The translations under genes were made by a program, and so were the position numbers. Under the pieces are notes generated by a model. That model made no database searches. It was not told the origin of the DNA and was given only the letters and a program-made list of their open reading frames with translations. A stretch of 62,430 bases of DNA, filler included, from Choristocarpus tenellus KU-1152 (lineage: Eukaryota; Protista; Phaeophyceae): assembly GCA_964200185.2 (NCBI GenBank). It is 7 parts of 7 records of this genome, joined end to end, with 100 filler letters (N's around TTAATTAATTAA, not from the genome) between each part and the next. Parts side by side here need not be neighbours in the genome. Positions count along the whole stretch, not along the records: positions 31,170 to 38,687 come from CAXNAD020006035.1; positions 38,788 to 45,874 come from CAXNAD020006729.1; positions 45,975 to 53,935 come from CAXNAD020005335.1; 4 more parts are not named here. One strand, given 5' to 3'. Positions 38,363 to 48,647 of this stretch are shown in pieces. How positions within the stretch are numbered: position 1 is the stretch's first letter; each line of letters opens with the position of its first letter.

Positions 38363-39529
38363 ACCCTTCAACCCCATACAAGTTACCACTCCCCTTAACC
38401 CCACAGCAGTTACCACTCCACTCGCCCCACACCACTCAACACCACTCCACAATCATCCAAGAACACCCCTTCATGATCCACTTCATACCATGTTTGAGCT
38501 AGAAGACATCTACCCCGCCTGAACTTGACCTCCTCCCCCTTTCCCAGTGTTCCCGTCAGTCATGAGCAAGAGACAGGGTGGATGAGTGGGAAAACTTGCT
38601 TGGAGGTTGTCTTGTTCTCGCCCTCCTTGTCCTTTACCCCTGAACAGCCGATTTCAAAAATTGAGGATGGAGCTTTTTATTGAGGATNNNNNNNNNNNNN
38701 NNNNNNNNNNNNNNNNNNNNNNNNNNNNNNNTTAATTAATTAANNNNNNNNNNNNNNNNNNNNNNNNNNNNNNNNNNNNNNNNNNNNAAAGTTGTTGACC
38801 GAAACGGACGCCCCCTCACAAACCACCCCCCCCGCCTCAAGATACTTTGACCCAGTAGTGGCCTGTGCAAGCAGACACTTCCTTGCCAGATTACTCAACT
38901 CCCCAAAAACTTCTCTTCTGCCATTCACCATTTGAAACCGATCACCAAGCTCCTTCACCACCTCGGAATCTACTAGTTGCATACCATAGTATACCTCCCG
39001 TTGGTATTGTCCTCACGAGAGATCTCCAACAATATCCCCTCGTTGGCACTTCCCTCACCTGCATCTCTTAAGGACGGTACCTCATTTCCCCAATGGTGTG
39101 AAGTCTTGGTCGCCTTGTTGAGCAGCCTATTCATGCTGAACTGCTGGTTCCTCATTATCAGAGAAAAAGGCCCCTCACCCCTCACCACATTTTCTTCTCC
39201 ATGGACTTCCTCATCCTCGTCCTCCAAATGGATCCAGAGCAATGAAGGTTGTCTCCACCGAGCATTCCAGAGAGTTGAATGTGCTCAGTCACCATCTTCT
39301 TCACCTTTGTTTCGTTTCAGACCCAGTACCTGATACTAGATGGAATTGGTGAGTTCACCATACCCACGTTGTTATCACATCATTTGTAGTGCAAGAAAGC
39401 AAGCACAGATTCTATTTGCTGAAAACCAGAAGTATTGACCCACCGAAATTGGTTATGTAATGACTGATTTTCTACATGTATTACTCCAGGAGGAATGAAA
39501 TATTTTCTTTTGATTTATGCATACTATTT

Positions 39530-39960
39530 TCCTGTATGGTGGATGCGGTCTTCCATGCAGGAGTTCTCTCCAATGGATACAGCTACTCCCCAGCTAGAGG
39601 GAAAGGGACAATTCATGGATATGGCCTTCGCTGGACTACAGGCGGACTGCCACCTTCTCAGCTCGTCAAACAACAGCATTGCTGCTGGTGCAACAGAGGC
39701 CCGTAAGTGCAACCACTCTGAGGGACCTTTTGATCCTTGTAATTGGAACCTTGAAACCTTTGCAGTGGAAAGCTATGGGCATCTTGACACACAGACAGAG
39801 CTATTTCTAGATGAGGTAGTGACTCATACTGTATGGGGGGTGGGGCAGAACTTTTTTAGGAGAAAGGGGGCTGTAAATTACGTGTAAGGATTACTTCTGT
39901 TACTATCGAAGAGGCCATCTCCAGAGTAGTTTTTTGCTTTGAATTAGAGTCTCAAGGTCA
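39530..39960 (+). mobile_element. 3' fragment of a CRE-like (restriction-like endonuclease) non-LTR retrotransposon
   Basis: AATEARKCNH...FAVESYGHL...FLDEV...RKGAV resembles the C-terminal RLE region (EARKxxHY..LAVESFGRL) of CRE-clade elements. Confidence 0.6.
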
Positions 39961-40629
39961 ATGGGCTAGGAACTTCATAGATTGATGGAATTCTTCACTT
40001 GATTCTCGCCTGCGTTCATAGAGTCAGTTCAGGAGTACTGCTTCTTGTTGATTTACATACAAGATGGTGCATCTGATACAGTAGACATTTCTATGGATAT
40101 ATATGTTGTGTTCTTTACATGCTATTTCTTCTTCTCCAATCTCCATCATTTTTCTTGGCCCCCCCCTTTCTTATTTCTTGTGCTTCTACATGACATTTCC
40201 TGAAAACTGTCTGCAGGGATGATAATGTGGGCATACTCCATACACATTAATGTGTATTACATACACAGACAGCAGTGGTATTATGTAAATAAAAAAACTG
40301 AACAAATGAGGGTTCAAGGTTCAGCTAGGCCGAACATACCTTCTAACTTTACCAGTACTTCAAAACCGCAAGATAGATCCTACCTAAACTTACGGGCTAC
40401 TGTAGCAAGCACTGTTGCATACTAGGTATGAATAGTACATACAAGGTATGAATATTAGTAGTAGTAGTGGTTCAAGGTCGTGTTCTGTATATATTCTCTG
40501 ACTTCCAGGATCGCTTTGTCAGGACTATTAGAGATTGTCCTACTGAACACAAACTCTCTAATCTAAGTACCCTACTACCACATTTGCTTGTCACTTGAGA
40601 AAAAACGCACTTTGTTTTTCTTATTTATG

Positions 40630-40830
40630 ACAAAGTGGAGGAACTCAAAAGCTGTTGTGCCACACCATCATCGATGGCAACAACCCACCTCATCCTATAG
40701 TCCCATATAGAACAGGGGACGATGAATAGCGGAATGGGTAAGGCATTAGAGATATGCAAATCCAGACTCAAACAATGATCATGAGTGAGGAGGGCCTGAC
40801 TTTAGCAAAGGACTGGAATATGATTGTTGG
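40630..40830 (+). mobile_element. Possible Penelope-like GIY-YIG C-terminal fragment
   Basis: IRDMQIQTQTMIMSEEGLTLAKDW resembles the IRExxxI...MNRDEGxxL..W end of Penelope endonucleases; heavily decayed. Confidence 0.3.
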
Positions 40831-41351
40831 AGGCAATCATATTACTAGTCATGGAAGAGTCACACCAGCATTTCATTGCAGACAAAAGTTGAAAAGTAAC
40901 CTTCGGAGGCGAGACGAAGATGGGGAACACATAATGCACCCATCATACCACTCGTGCTTGGATAAATAGAGCTGGTTCCCTGCCCAAACTCCAAACAAAA
41001 ACCAACCCAGGGGGAGACAAGAAAGACATTTGCAATGGTAGCTGCACAGAGAAACCGCGCCCTTGAAACAGTGCCTGCACTTAAACACAGCAATGTATCG
41101 CACTCCTCACACCACCATTAACATTTTACCTACACTATTAAACTCACGTGACCCTCAGCTCTACAAGCAGGATGAGTTTGTTACCTGGTTCTACATTCTT
41201 GTATATCAACCTATGCACTGAGACACAGACGTAGACAAAAGATCGACTGATCCTTGGAGTGTCTTTTATCAAGAGTGAACAAGGTGCACTGCAGAGGTGT
41301 TGTAACATTAGTTATTTTCTTTCTCTACATCCCAGCAGAACCAAAACAGCA

Positions 41352-43483
41352 TCAAAACCCTAACCCTATCAGCCATCGCTTGACATCATCATGGTGATCC
41401 CCATCGATCTGAAGGGTGCCCCCCCGGATCTCTATCTCCTTGCCACCACATATCTTTGTCAAATCTCCAACCATTGCCTACCAAGCCGCAGTGAAGGGAG
41501 GGACATCGCGGGGGTGGGATGTGAAGCCTCTGAAACATGTATCGATCCACTCAATTAGGAAAAACATCGAGCGCAAAACGTAGGGGGGTAGAGTCTCCAT
41601 GTAATTGTTCAACTTTCTCAGCTCCCCAAAGTGAAGATAATCTACCACTTTGCTCCAGCACGATACAAAGCATGCCTAGGTGAGCATGCTTACCTCGCAT
41701 GTCTCATTGATATATCTCTGAAGGGAGACGAAAACAGCAGTATCCTCCTTGTTATCCTCAAGCTTTCATCCAACATTACACAAAAGATTGGGCATTCCCA
41801 TTTGCTGCAATAAGATATTAAAAAAAAATACACTTGTTTACTCACGGTTTGGAATTTTGCTATCATGGAAGATTTCCTCTGCTGTAATACCAAATGATAA
41901 CAAGAAAGAAGCAAGGCCCGTGAGGTGAGGCCACAAGTGGAAGCAAGTTTGATGTAGGTGAAGGTACGAAGGAGTGTTGGAGAGGGGAGGAGTGATGTAC
42001 GATCTTTTTCCTTGGATCTCACAAATTATGAGGAGTCATGAGAGGACCAAAGGTTGGTGCAATATCAAATCATTGATGTATCCTAAACTGCGATCACTTT
42101 TTGTGAGACTTGTTAAAGAACATGCGAGGGCGTGGGGTGAAGATTGCAGGAGCCTGTTCCATTGTTTTGTAGCAAGGATCACCTCGATATCTCCAGAAGC
42201 TCTTCTGATTATTGTCTTTGTCTTTGTCCTTCCGTTTTTAATGGCCCTGTACACAGGAAAACTGTTTGCTTTTGATGTGCGTTCTACCTGAGGAACAATT
42301 AAAGTTGGATGCACCACAACACAGGAGTGAGGATATCACTTGAACCAGAAACAAAGAGTTCTTGCTTAGTAAAGCACTGAAGGGTTTGTGTCTCCCTCAA
42401 CTGTGTTAAGTCAGTCCCAGCTTAAGGACTACCAATTTTTCACACGCATGTGCTTACCCCTCTTAGGAGAGGCAGGCAGACTTTCACCCAAGCAGTGTCA
42501 AACGAGAACAAGAAACGGTTTACTTCTCCATGACTTTTTTACGAAATATTTCAATAAACACGGCTTCCGCACCAAATCAAGGCGTCTTTTACGTTCCAGA
42601 GAGTCTTCGAGGCAACTGCATACTCCAAAGATACCTCAGCAATGCCAGTTAATGAGAAAGACTTTGTGTGTGGAAGGAAACAGAAAATATGCAAGGAGAT
42701 CCCACATCTATGCAGGCCTCTACTACAACGGGAAATACTGCGAGGCAGCGAATATTTGCTTTGAGGTCACCTTATCTAGTTTCTCTCTGCATATAGTGAC
42801 ACCGAGAATGAAAAGGGGAGGAGACATGAGGGGATAATCGTCAACACACCTTGAACGGCAAATCTGGCTTATTTTCCGGCAGTGGTGACCAGCCGTCCTG
42901 AAGCACATACGGCGGAGTGTACCGAGGTGTGTGATCAAGTGATAGGGTTTCGAAGTTCACTTCGAATAGTCCCTCCAACCTATCATAGGCAAATGCAGCA
43001 ACAACACGAAATAGACAGGGCGTATATAGTTATTTCTGGTTTACGACTACACTACAATCTCGAGGATAAGCCAAAGGGATTATCTATCTTAAGGACAATG
43101 ACTGAGGCAGGCATTTTGATCTTCTTTGTAATGACAACAACACATACGATCCAATTGAGCATGACAACGTGAAGAAGAGGGGTGGAGGTGGTGCCGCCTT
43201 GACAGCTCAGATACCTGCAAAATATATCGCAGTGATACAACAAGTCAACCAGACACAATTTACACGCGATAACACCGAAGTCGATTCAGTCACCTCAACG
43301 CAAACCCCCTCAATACCCCACATTGCTCGATATTGGTACAACCTCCCACCTCTCCTGTTCTCTCCTCAGCGCCTGATTCCTCCTATATTCTCCAACATGA
43401 ATTCGTTTCAACGCCCTTCGTGAGCGGATTCGAAGGGGTTGGAGTGTCGATGACACGTGGAACACGGTTGGTACTCGCTGCAT
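41352..43483 (-). CDS. MRPL49: Mitochondrial large ribosomal subunit protein mL49 (Img2), complete, 164 aa
   Basis: join(43483-43350, 42979-42850, 42287-42183, 41477-41352), all GT-AG and in frame. Arg-rich presequence MQRVPTVFHVSSTLQPLRIRSRR, then DLPFKVERTSKANSFPVYRAIKNGRTKTKTIIRRASGDIE...GGTLQIDGDH..DVKRWLIGLGF*. Confidence 0.92.
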
Positions 43484-44024
43484 CTCTAAGTATACTCCTT
43501 TGAAGGTCTTTTGGACCTTGTGTGTATTATCCTGAGAAGGGTTAGGGGTTGGAGTTGTTGGTTAAGGTTAGGGTATAATATTCTGTATCAATAATCTTCT
43601 ACACCAGTCAATAATCTATATTCTGTAATCTGTAATCACTATTCTATAATTTGGTTTCGTATTGTATTGTATCGTTGTATGTGTGTGAGTGTGTATCAGT
43701 CTATGAGTATATGTTTGTTTTCTACTCTTCAATATTGATATTTTGTAAGATTGACACACCAGGAACGTTCCCACAGTAGGAACTTATTTGACATGCAATC
43801 AGGCGTGCTTGTGCCCTGGGTTAGGCGGTGAGTGAATTGTGTGTAGTTGTACCCCCCGAGACTGTAGAACTTTGAACCTTTTCCTCTGACCACAAACTAG
43901 AAACATATTCTGTTGTGCTTACAGAACCACGTCCCTTGCGAATTCACCAGGGACTCTTATCCGTCTTTTTTCCAGCATCGGTATGTGTGGCAACGACCTT
44001 TTTGCCGTTGATGGTTAACGGGAA

Positions 44025-45410
44025 ATGGACATCCACATCACTGCGGAGGAATCCGCTGGACCTTCTCCACAAGAACAGTCAAGAAGGGAAATCGAGAAGG
44101 GGTATGCGTGTGTTGGATTCATGAGTGTGTTGCCGCTGTGTGAGTGTTTCGGACAGCGAACAATGTGTATACATGAAGAGATTGGGAAATGGTCCAATTG
44201 AGGACTCAGATTGGTTTAACATATCACAGTTCCCCCCTACATACCTTCACTTTCGTATTTGTTCGCAGTCAGAGTTGTCGCAGGTCACTGGTCGATATAC
44301 CCTGTTTGTGGGACAGATATACATCCTGAGTGATACCTTATCTACCGCCAACGATATGCTTTCACCGACGCAAACCACTAATATGTCATGGCAGGGCGGA
44401 TGGACTGGTATCCATCGCCGACAAGGAGAATGTGCGTTTGGGTAAAAAGACTCTCACGTCACCAAAGGCGACTAGGGTTCCTCGCGGCCTCACCAACCCG
44501 TCGGGGTGGACAAGGAACTCCTTCACTGGGAGTGAGTTTATTATTGAATTTTCTAGTATGCAATCGAATTTCCATGGGCGGACCTTGGTATCTCTTATCC
44601 CGGTTGCTACTACATCTCGGAACTGAAAGCGACCGCAGTGTGTCACCTAGTTCATCACTCTTGGATTCTGGTTTGTGGATGTCCATGTTACATGTCTGAT
44701 CACAGTTGAATAAAAACGTCAAACACCGTACCGTCTGCAGTGTGTAAAAGTCGACTTTCAATTGTGTGAGCGCTGGTGTTCCCTTGAAAATCATCTTACT
44801 CAGCTACACGCTGGCAGTGGGCAACTTTGATGCGTTTCACCATACATGTTTCGATGTATAATGTTTCAACTATCTCCATTATTCTCCCTAACCCCCCAAC
44901 TTCAACCCCAACCCAACCTTCAGCCTCGCCAGAATTCGGTACAGAGCATGCTGAGGCTTCCCCTTGCAAGTTGTCCCAGGCAATTGGAGAACTGCCCGTT
45001 TCCTTGTCCACCCCATCCCCGTTGCTGTTCTCGCCTCCGTCCTCTGCAATGATACCTGGGTCGTTGCCTCATTCTCCTGGGCAGACTCAGCTCCTCCTCT
45101 GCGGGTCATCAAGGGCACCGAAAAAGGTTCCGAAGCCCCCTCCTCCCTCGTCCCCGCGAACTCCTTCAAAGCTCATGAACAGCACAGCGGCAAGTCGAGC
45201 AGGAATGTATATGCCGCGCGTTGACTCCAGTCCACATACACGTCTCACCTCTGAGAAATCAGCACGACGGGTGGTCGATGGCAGACCCAGAAGCGCCACA
45301 GGCAGTGGAGGAAGAGGGCAAGTGAGTGCAGGGTGGAGAACGTGCAGGGGTGTGGGTGGGGGGGGATTGTCGCCAATTGTAATGAAATCAAGAACTCTAC
45401 GGCGTGTTCA
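44025..45410 (+). CDS. Putative 5' part of a spliced gene for a Ser/Pro-rich protein, divergent from MRPL49
   Basis: ATG-started segment MDIHITAEESAGPSPQEQSRREIEK with a GTATG donor near 44102, a candidate exon ~44394-44530, and the long low-complexity ORF 44827-45768. No recognisable domain. Confidence 0.35.
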
Positions 45411-45818
45411 GGTGAGTGGGAGATCAGGAGAGCAGCGGGCAGCTTCTAGGTCTTCTAGCCCAGTTGGGAATCGGAGAGGATTTCATCGCACGGAAACAAC
45501 AGTGGCATCAATGGAAGCAGGGTCAACAAAGTTCAACACCGCCGCACATGGGGGGGCATGGTCGAGGGTAGAGGCTGGCGGTAGACACCGGGATGGAGGT
45601 GTGCGCTGCTTTCCAATGCATGAGTTGTCGTTAGGTTGGTTTGATGATATGTCTTCCCTTCTTGCCCCGATTCCGCATCGCCTAGACAAGAATAAGAAAC
45701 TGTGGCGTAGGAACTTTGCATGTGTGGGAGCTGCTTGTAAACATGGTCCTCCTTTTTGGGATCGTTGATGTCGTAGTATTTCTTCCGAATAGCCTGCGTA
45801 TTATTTGAACACAAACTT

Positions 45819-45849
<31 letters not shown>

Positions 45850-46035
45850 CCCCAACCCCACCCCCACCCCCCCCNNNNNNNNNNNNNNNNNNNNNNNNNN
45901 NNNNNNNNNNNNNNNNNNTTAATTAATTAANNNNNNNNNNNNNNNNNNNNNNNNNNNNNNNNNNNNNNNNNNNNCCTCTAAGATACTTTCACTCACATTG
46001 CGTTTGTTGTGTGGATGTGAATGACTGGTTGTTGA

Positions 46036-46219
46036 CACCCAAAGTATATGGGGGGCGGGGGCGGTGTACACTAGGGTGCCCATTTGAGCCAAGGCCAGCA
46101 AGGAAAAGTGCACTCACATTATCCATTCGACATATGCAACCAAATACCCAAAAATCGCGATATAAACGAATTGCTCCAAAATGGACTGCGGCCACTCCCC
46201 CCCCCAGATACTTTGAACC
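46036..46219 (+). mobile_element. MITE family B inside an LRR intron cassette
   Basis: TIR core CAAAGTAT/ATACTTTG with TSD TGA/TGA; the empty site GTTGTTGAGGTA is seen in sister cassettes. Confidence 0.8.
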
Positions 46220-46482
46220 TGAGGTATGTAGTGCCGTCTAGTATATTTGATTTTTTGTAGTGATGAAAAACGAGGATACCTTTTTGGTGAATTGGATGTG
46301 TACTCTTGAGATACATGTTTTGATGTTAAGGACTACAAGAGAGTAGATGAGCACTGTAGTTGGAACAGGTTAGATATCTGTGTTGTTCTTGTTTATTTTG
46401 CGTATGATTGTGCGCTTAACTGCAATTGTAACCATATTCACTATGCGTGAACTGTTTGTAACTTGTATTTCTTCTCGGACAG

Positions 46483-46554
46483 GGGACGTACCATCATCTC
46501 TTCGTGGACTCTGCAAGGTTGAATATCTCGATTTCAGCAACAATGAACTAAGTG
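46483..46554 (+). CDS. 72-nt phase-1 LRR exon (24-aa plant-type/ROCO-type LRR), intact
   Basis: CAG|GG GAC GTA CCA...CTA AGT G|GTATGT encodes GDVPSSLRGLCKVEYLDFSNNELS. Confidence 0.8.
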
Positions 46555-46930
46555 GTATGTTTGCTTGTTTGTACATGGAATGTTGACGCTTTCACATTAC
46601 CGTTCGTAAGCATGTGACATACTCCCTTCGATGCTTGATTTATAGCTGTACTTTTCAAATGTGTGAGTTAATGCATCATAGAAGAAAACATGCAGATGAT
46701 ATTGATTAACCTGTGATACATATGACATTGTGTTTGTTGCGTGGATGTTAATGGTAGGTTGTTGAGGTAATATAGCGCCGTCTAGTATATTTTGATGTTG
46801 TGTATGATGTGTAGTGTAGGAGAACGAAGATACATTTTTTGGTTAATTGGATGTGTACTGTTGAGATATATGTTTTGGTGTTAAGGAGTACAACAGAGTA
46901 CATGAGTCGCGTAGCTTGAAGAGTACGCTT

Positions 46931-47187
46931 GACCCAAGGCATGTTACGGTACGAGGTTTGCCCTGTTTGTCCGTTCAGGGCTTGGCATGCCACGGGATAT
47001 TTATGTCCTTTTTCGGTTTTCTTTGTGAATACAGTTACATAAAATGCATAAAACCATGAAAGGTGTGTCTGGGGCAAGGATATTTACACCTGCTAACAAA
47101 CACGACAGCCCAAATCACATCAGAGTCGCAACATTAGATCAATGACCCCGAAAAGACGGGGCCCTACCCTCTTGAGTGCTTTGGCGC
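46931..47187 (-). mobile_element. Highly diverged MITE family A copy
   Basis: Retains TACGAGGTTTGCCCTGTTTGTCCG, GAAAGGTGTGTCT, AACAAACACGA and CTACCCTCT. A further family A right end lies at 45975-45994. Confidence 0.7.
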
Positions 47188-47372
47188 ATTTTATCTGTCG
47201 TTAAATATATTACATATCTATCAACTATGCATGTTTTCACACAGGTGAGGATTATGATATCAACCAGTGTACATCGCTCTTGTTCATTTTGTTATGATTA
47301 TGTTGTTAACTGCGAAACTAACCTCACTTGCCATGTCTGAATTGTGTGTGATTTAATTTTCTTCCCAAGCAG

Positions 47373-47444
47373 GAGACATACCAGCACGTCTAGGTGATAT
47401 ATCAAAGCTTGAATATTCCGTTCTCAGCGACGATGAACTAAGTG
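47373..47444 (+). pseudogene. 72-nt LRR pseudo-exon (donor GT changed to CT)
   Basis: Encodes GDIPARLGDISKLEYSVLSDDELS and is followed by CTAAGT instead of GT. Confidence 0.75.
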
Positions 47445-48575
47445 CTAAGTTTGCTTGTTGGTGCATGGAAGGTTAATGCTTTCACATTGCCGTTTGCAAA
47501 AATATGTGATGTCGTACTCTGTATGTTGTGTGGTTTTTAGCTGTACAGTTCAAATGTCTGATTTAATATTTAATGGAAGAAGACAAATCGATGATACTGA
47601 CTGGTCTGTGATACATGTCACTTTGTGTTGGTTGTGAGGTTGTCAACTGGTGGGTTTTTGAGGTATGTAGCGCTGTCTAGTATATTTTGACGTTGCATAT
47701 GTTTACTCTGTAGTGTAGAATAGCCAAGATACCTCTTCACTGAGTTGGATATGTGTTCTGTTCAGATTCATGTTTTGGTGTTAAGAACTACCAGAGAGTA
47801 GATGAGTCGTGTAGGTGGAACAGTACATTATATTGGTTGTAATATTATTCATGTTTCTGTAAAGTATCACAGGTGACGTGCATTGATGTGAAGCGGTATA
47901 GGTGGTAAAACTTGTGAATTGTTAGTGATGTTCGTTGTTCTTGTTCATTTTGTGTATGATTGTGTAGCTTACTGCAAAGCTAACGCACCTCCTATGTGTG
48001 ACCTGGTTATTTTTTCTTGTTTATATATGGAAGGTTGATGCTTGCACATTCTCATTTTCAAACCTGTAACGTCTGCCTTTGTTGTGTGATTTGTAGCTAC
48101 ACTTTTCAAATGTATGATGTTCCGTAGAAGACATTTCGATGATATTGACTGGTCTATGAACATGTGACATTGTGTTTGTTGTGTGATTGTCAATGGTGGG
48201 TTGTTGAGGTATGTAGCACTGTCTCGTTTAGCTCGATGTAGTGTAGTGTGGAAGAGTGAAGATAACTTATTCCTGAATTGGATGTGTACTGTTGAGATAT
48301 ATATTTTGATGTTAAGGACTACAAGATAGTATATGAGCGCGTATCTTGAAGAGTACATTCTTGGTCGTAAAATATGTTCTGTTCTATAAACTATCAAGTA
48401 TGTTCTTACACAGTTGACCTGCGTTGATGTGAAGCGGTGTAGGTGGTTTCTAGTCTATTGTTTTAGTCATGTCTGTTGTTCTTGTTCATTCTGTGTATGA
48501 CTGTGTTGTGTACTGGAAAACTAACCGTACTTCCTATGTGTGACCTGTGTGTGACTTGTATTTCTTCCTGGACAG

Positions 48576-48647
48576 GGGGCATACCATCATCTCTACGTAG
48601 ACTCTTCAACCTCTAAGTTCTCAACCTATCCAACAGTATACTAAGTG
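48576..48647 (+). pseudogene. 72-nt LRR pseudo-exon with an in-frame TAA
   Basis: GGIPSSLRRLFNL*VLNLSNSILS. A partial further LRR (LFGLSKLTYLDLSDYEL) follows at ~48692-48745. Confidence 0.75.

Noticed and set aside
41355-41370. Telomere-like AAACCCTAACCCTA
   Set aside because: It is the coding sequence for IGLGF at the end of MRPL49 on the minus strand.
44827-45768. 313-aa ORF as a complete single-exon gene
   Set aside because: Low complexity, begins at a non-ATG codon and contains a likely donor (CAG|GTGAGT ~45412); probably one internal exon plus read-through.
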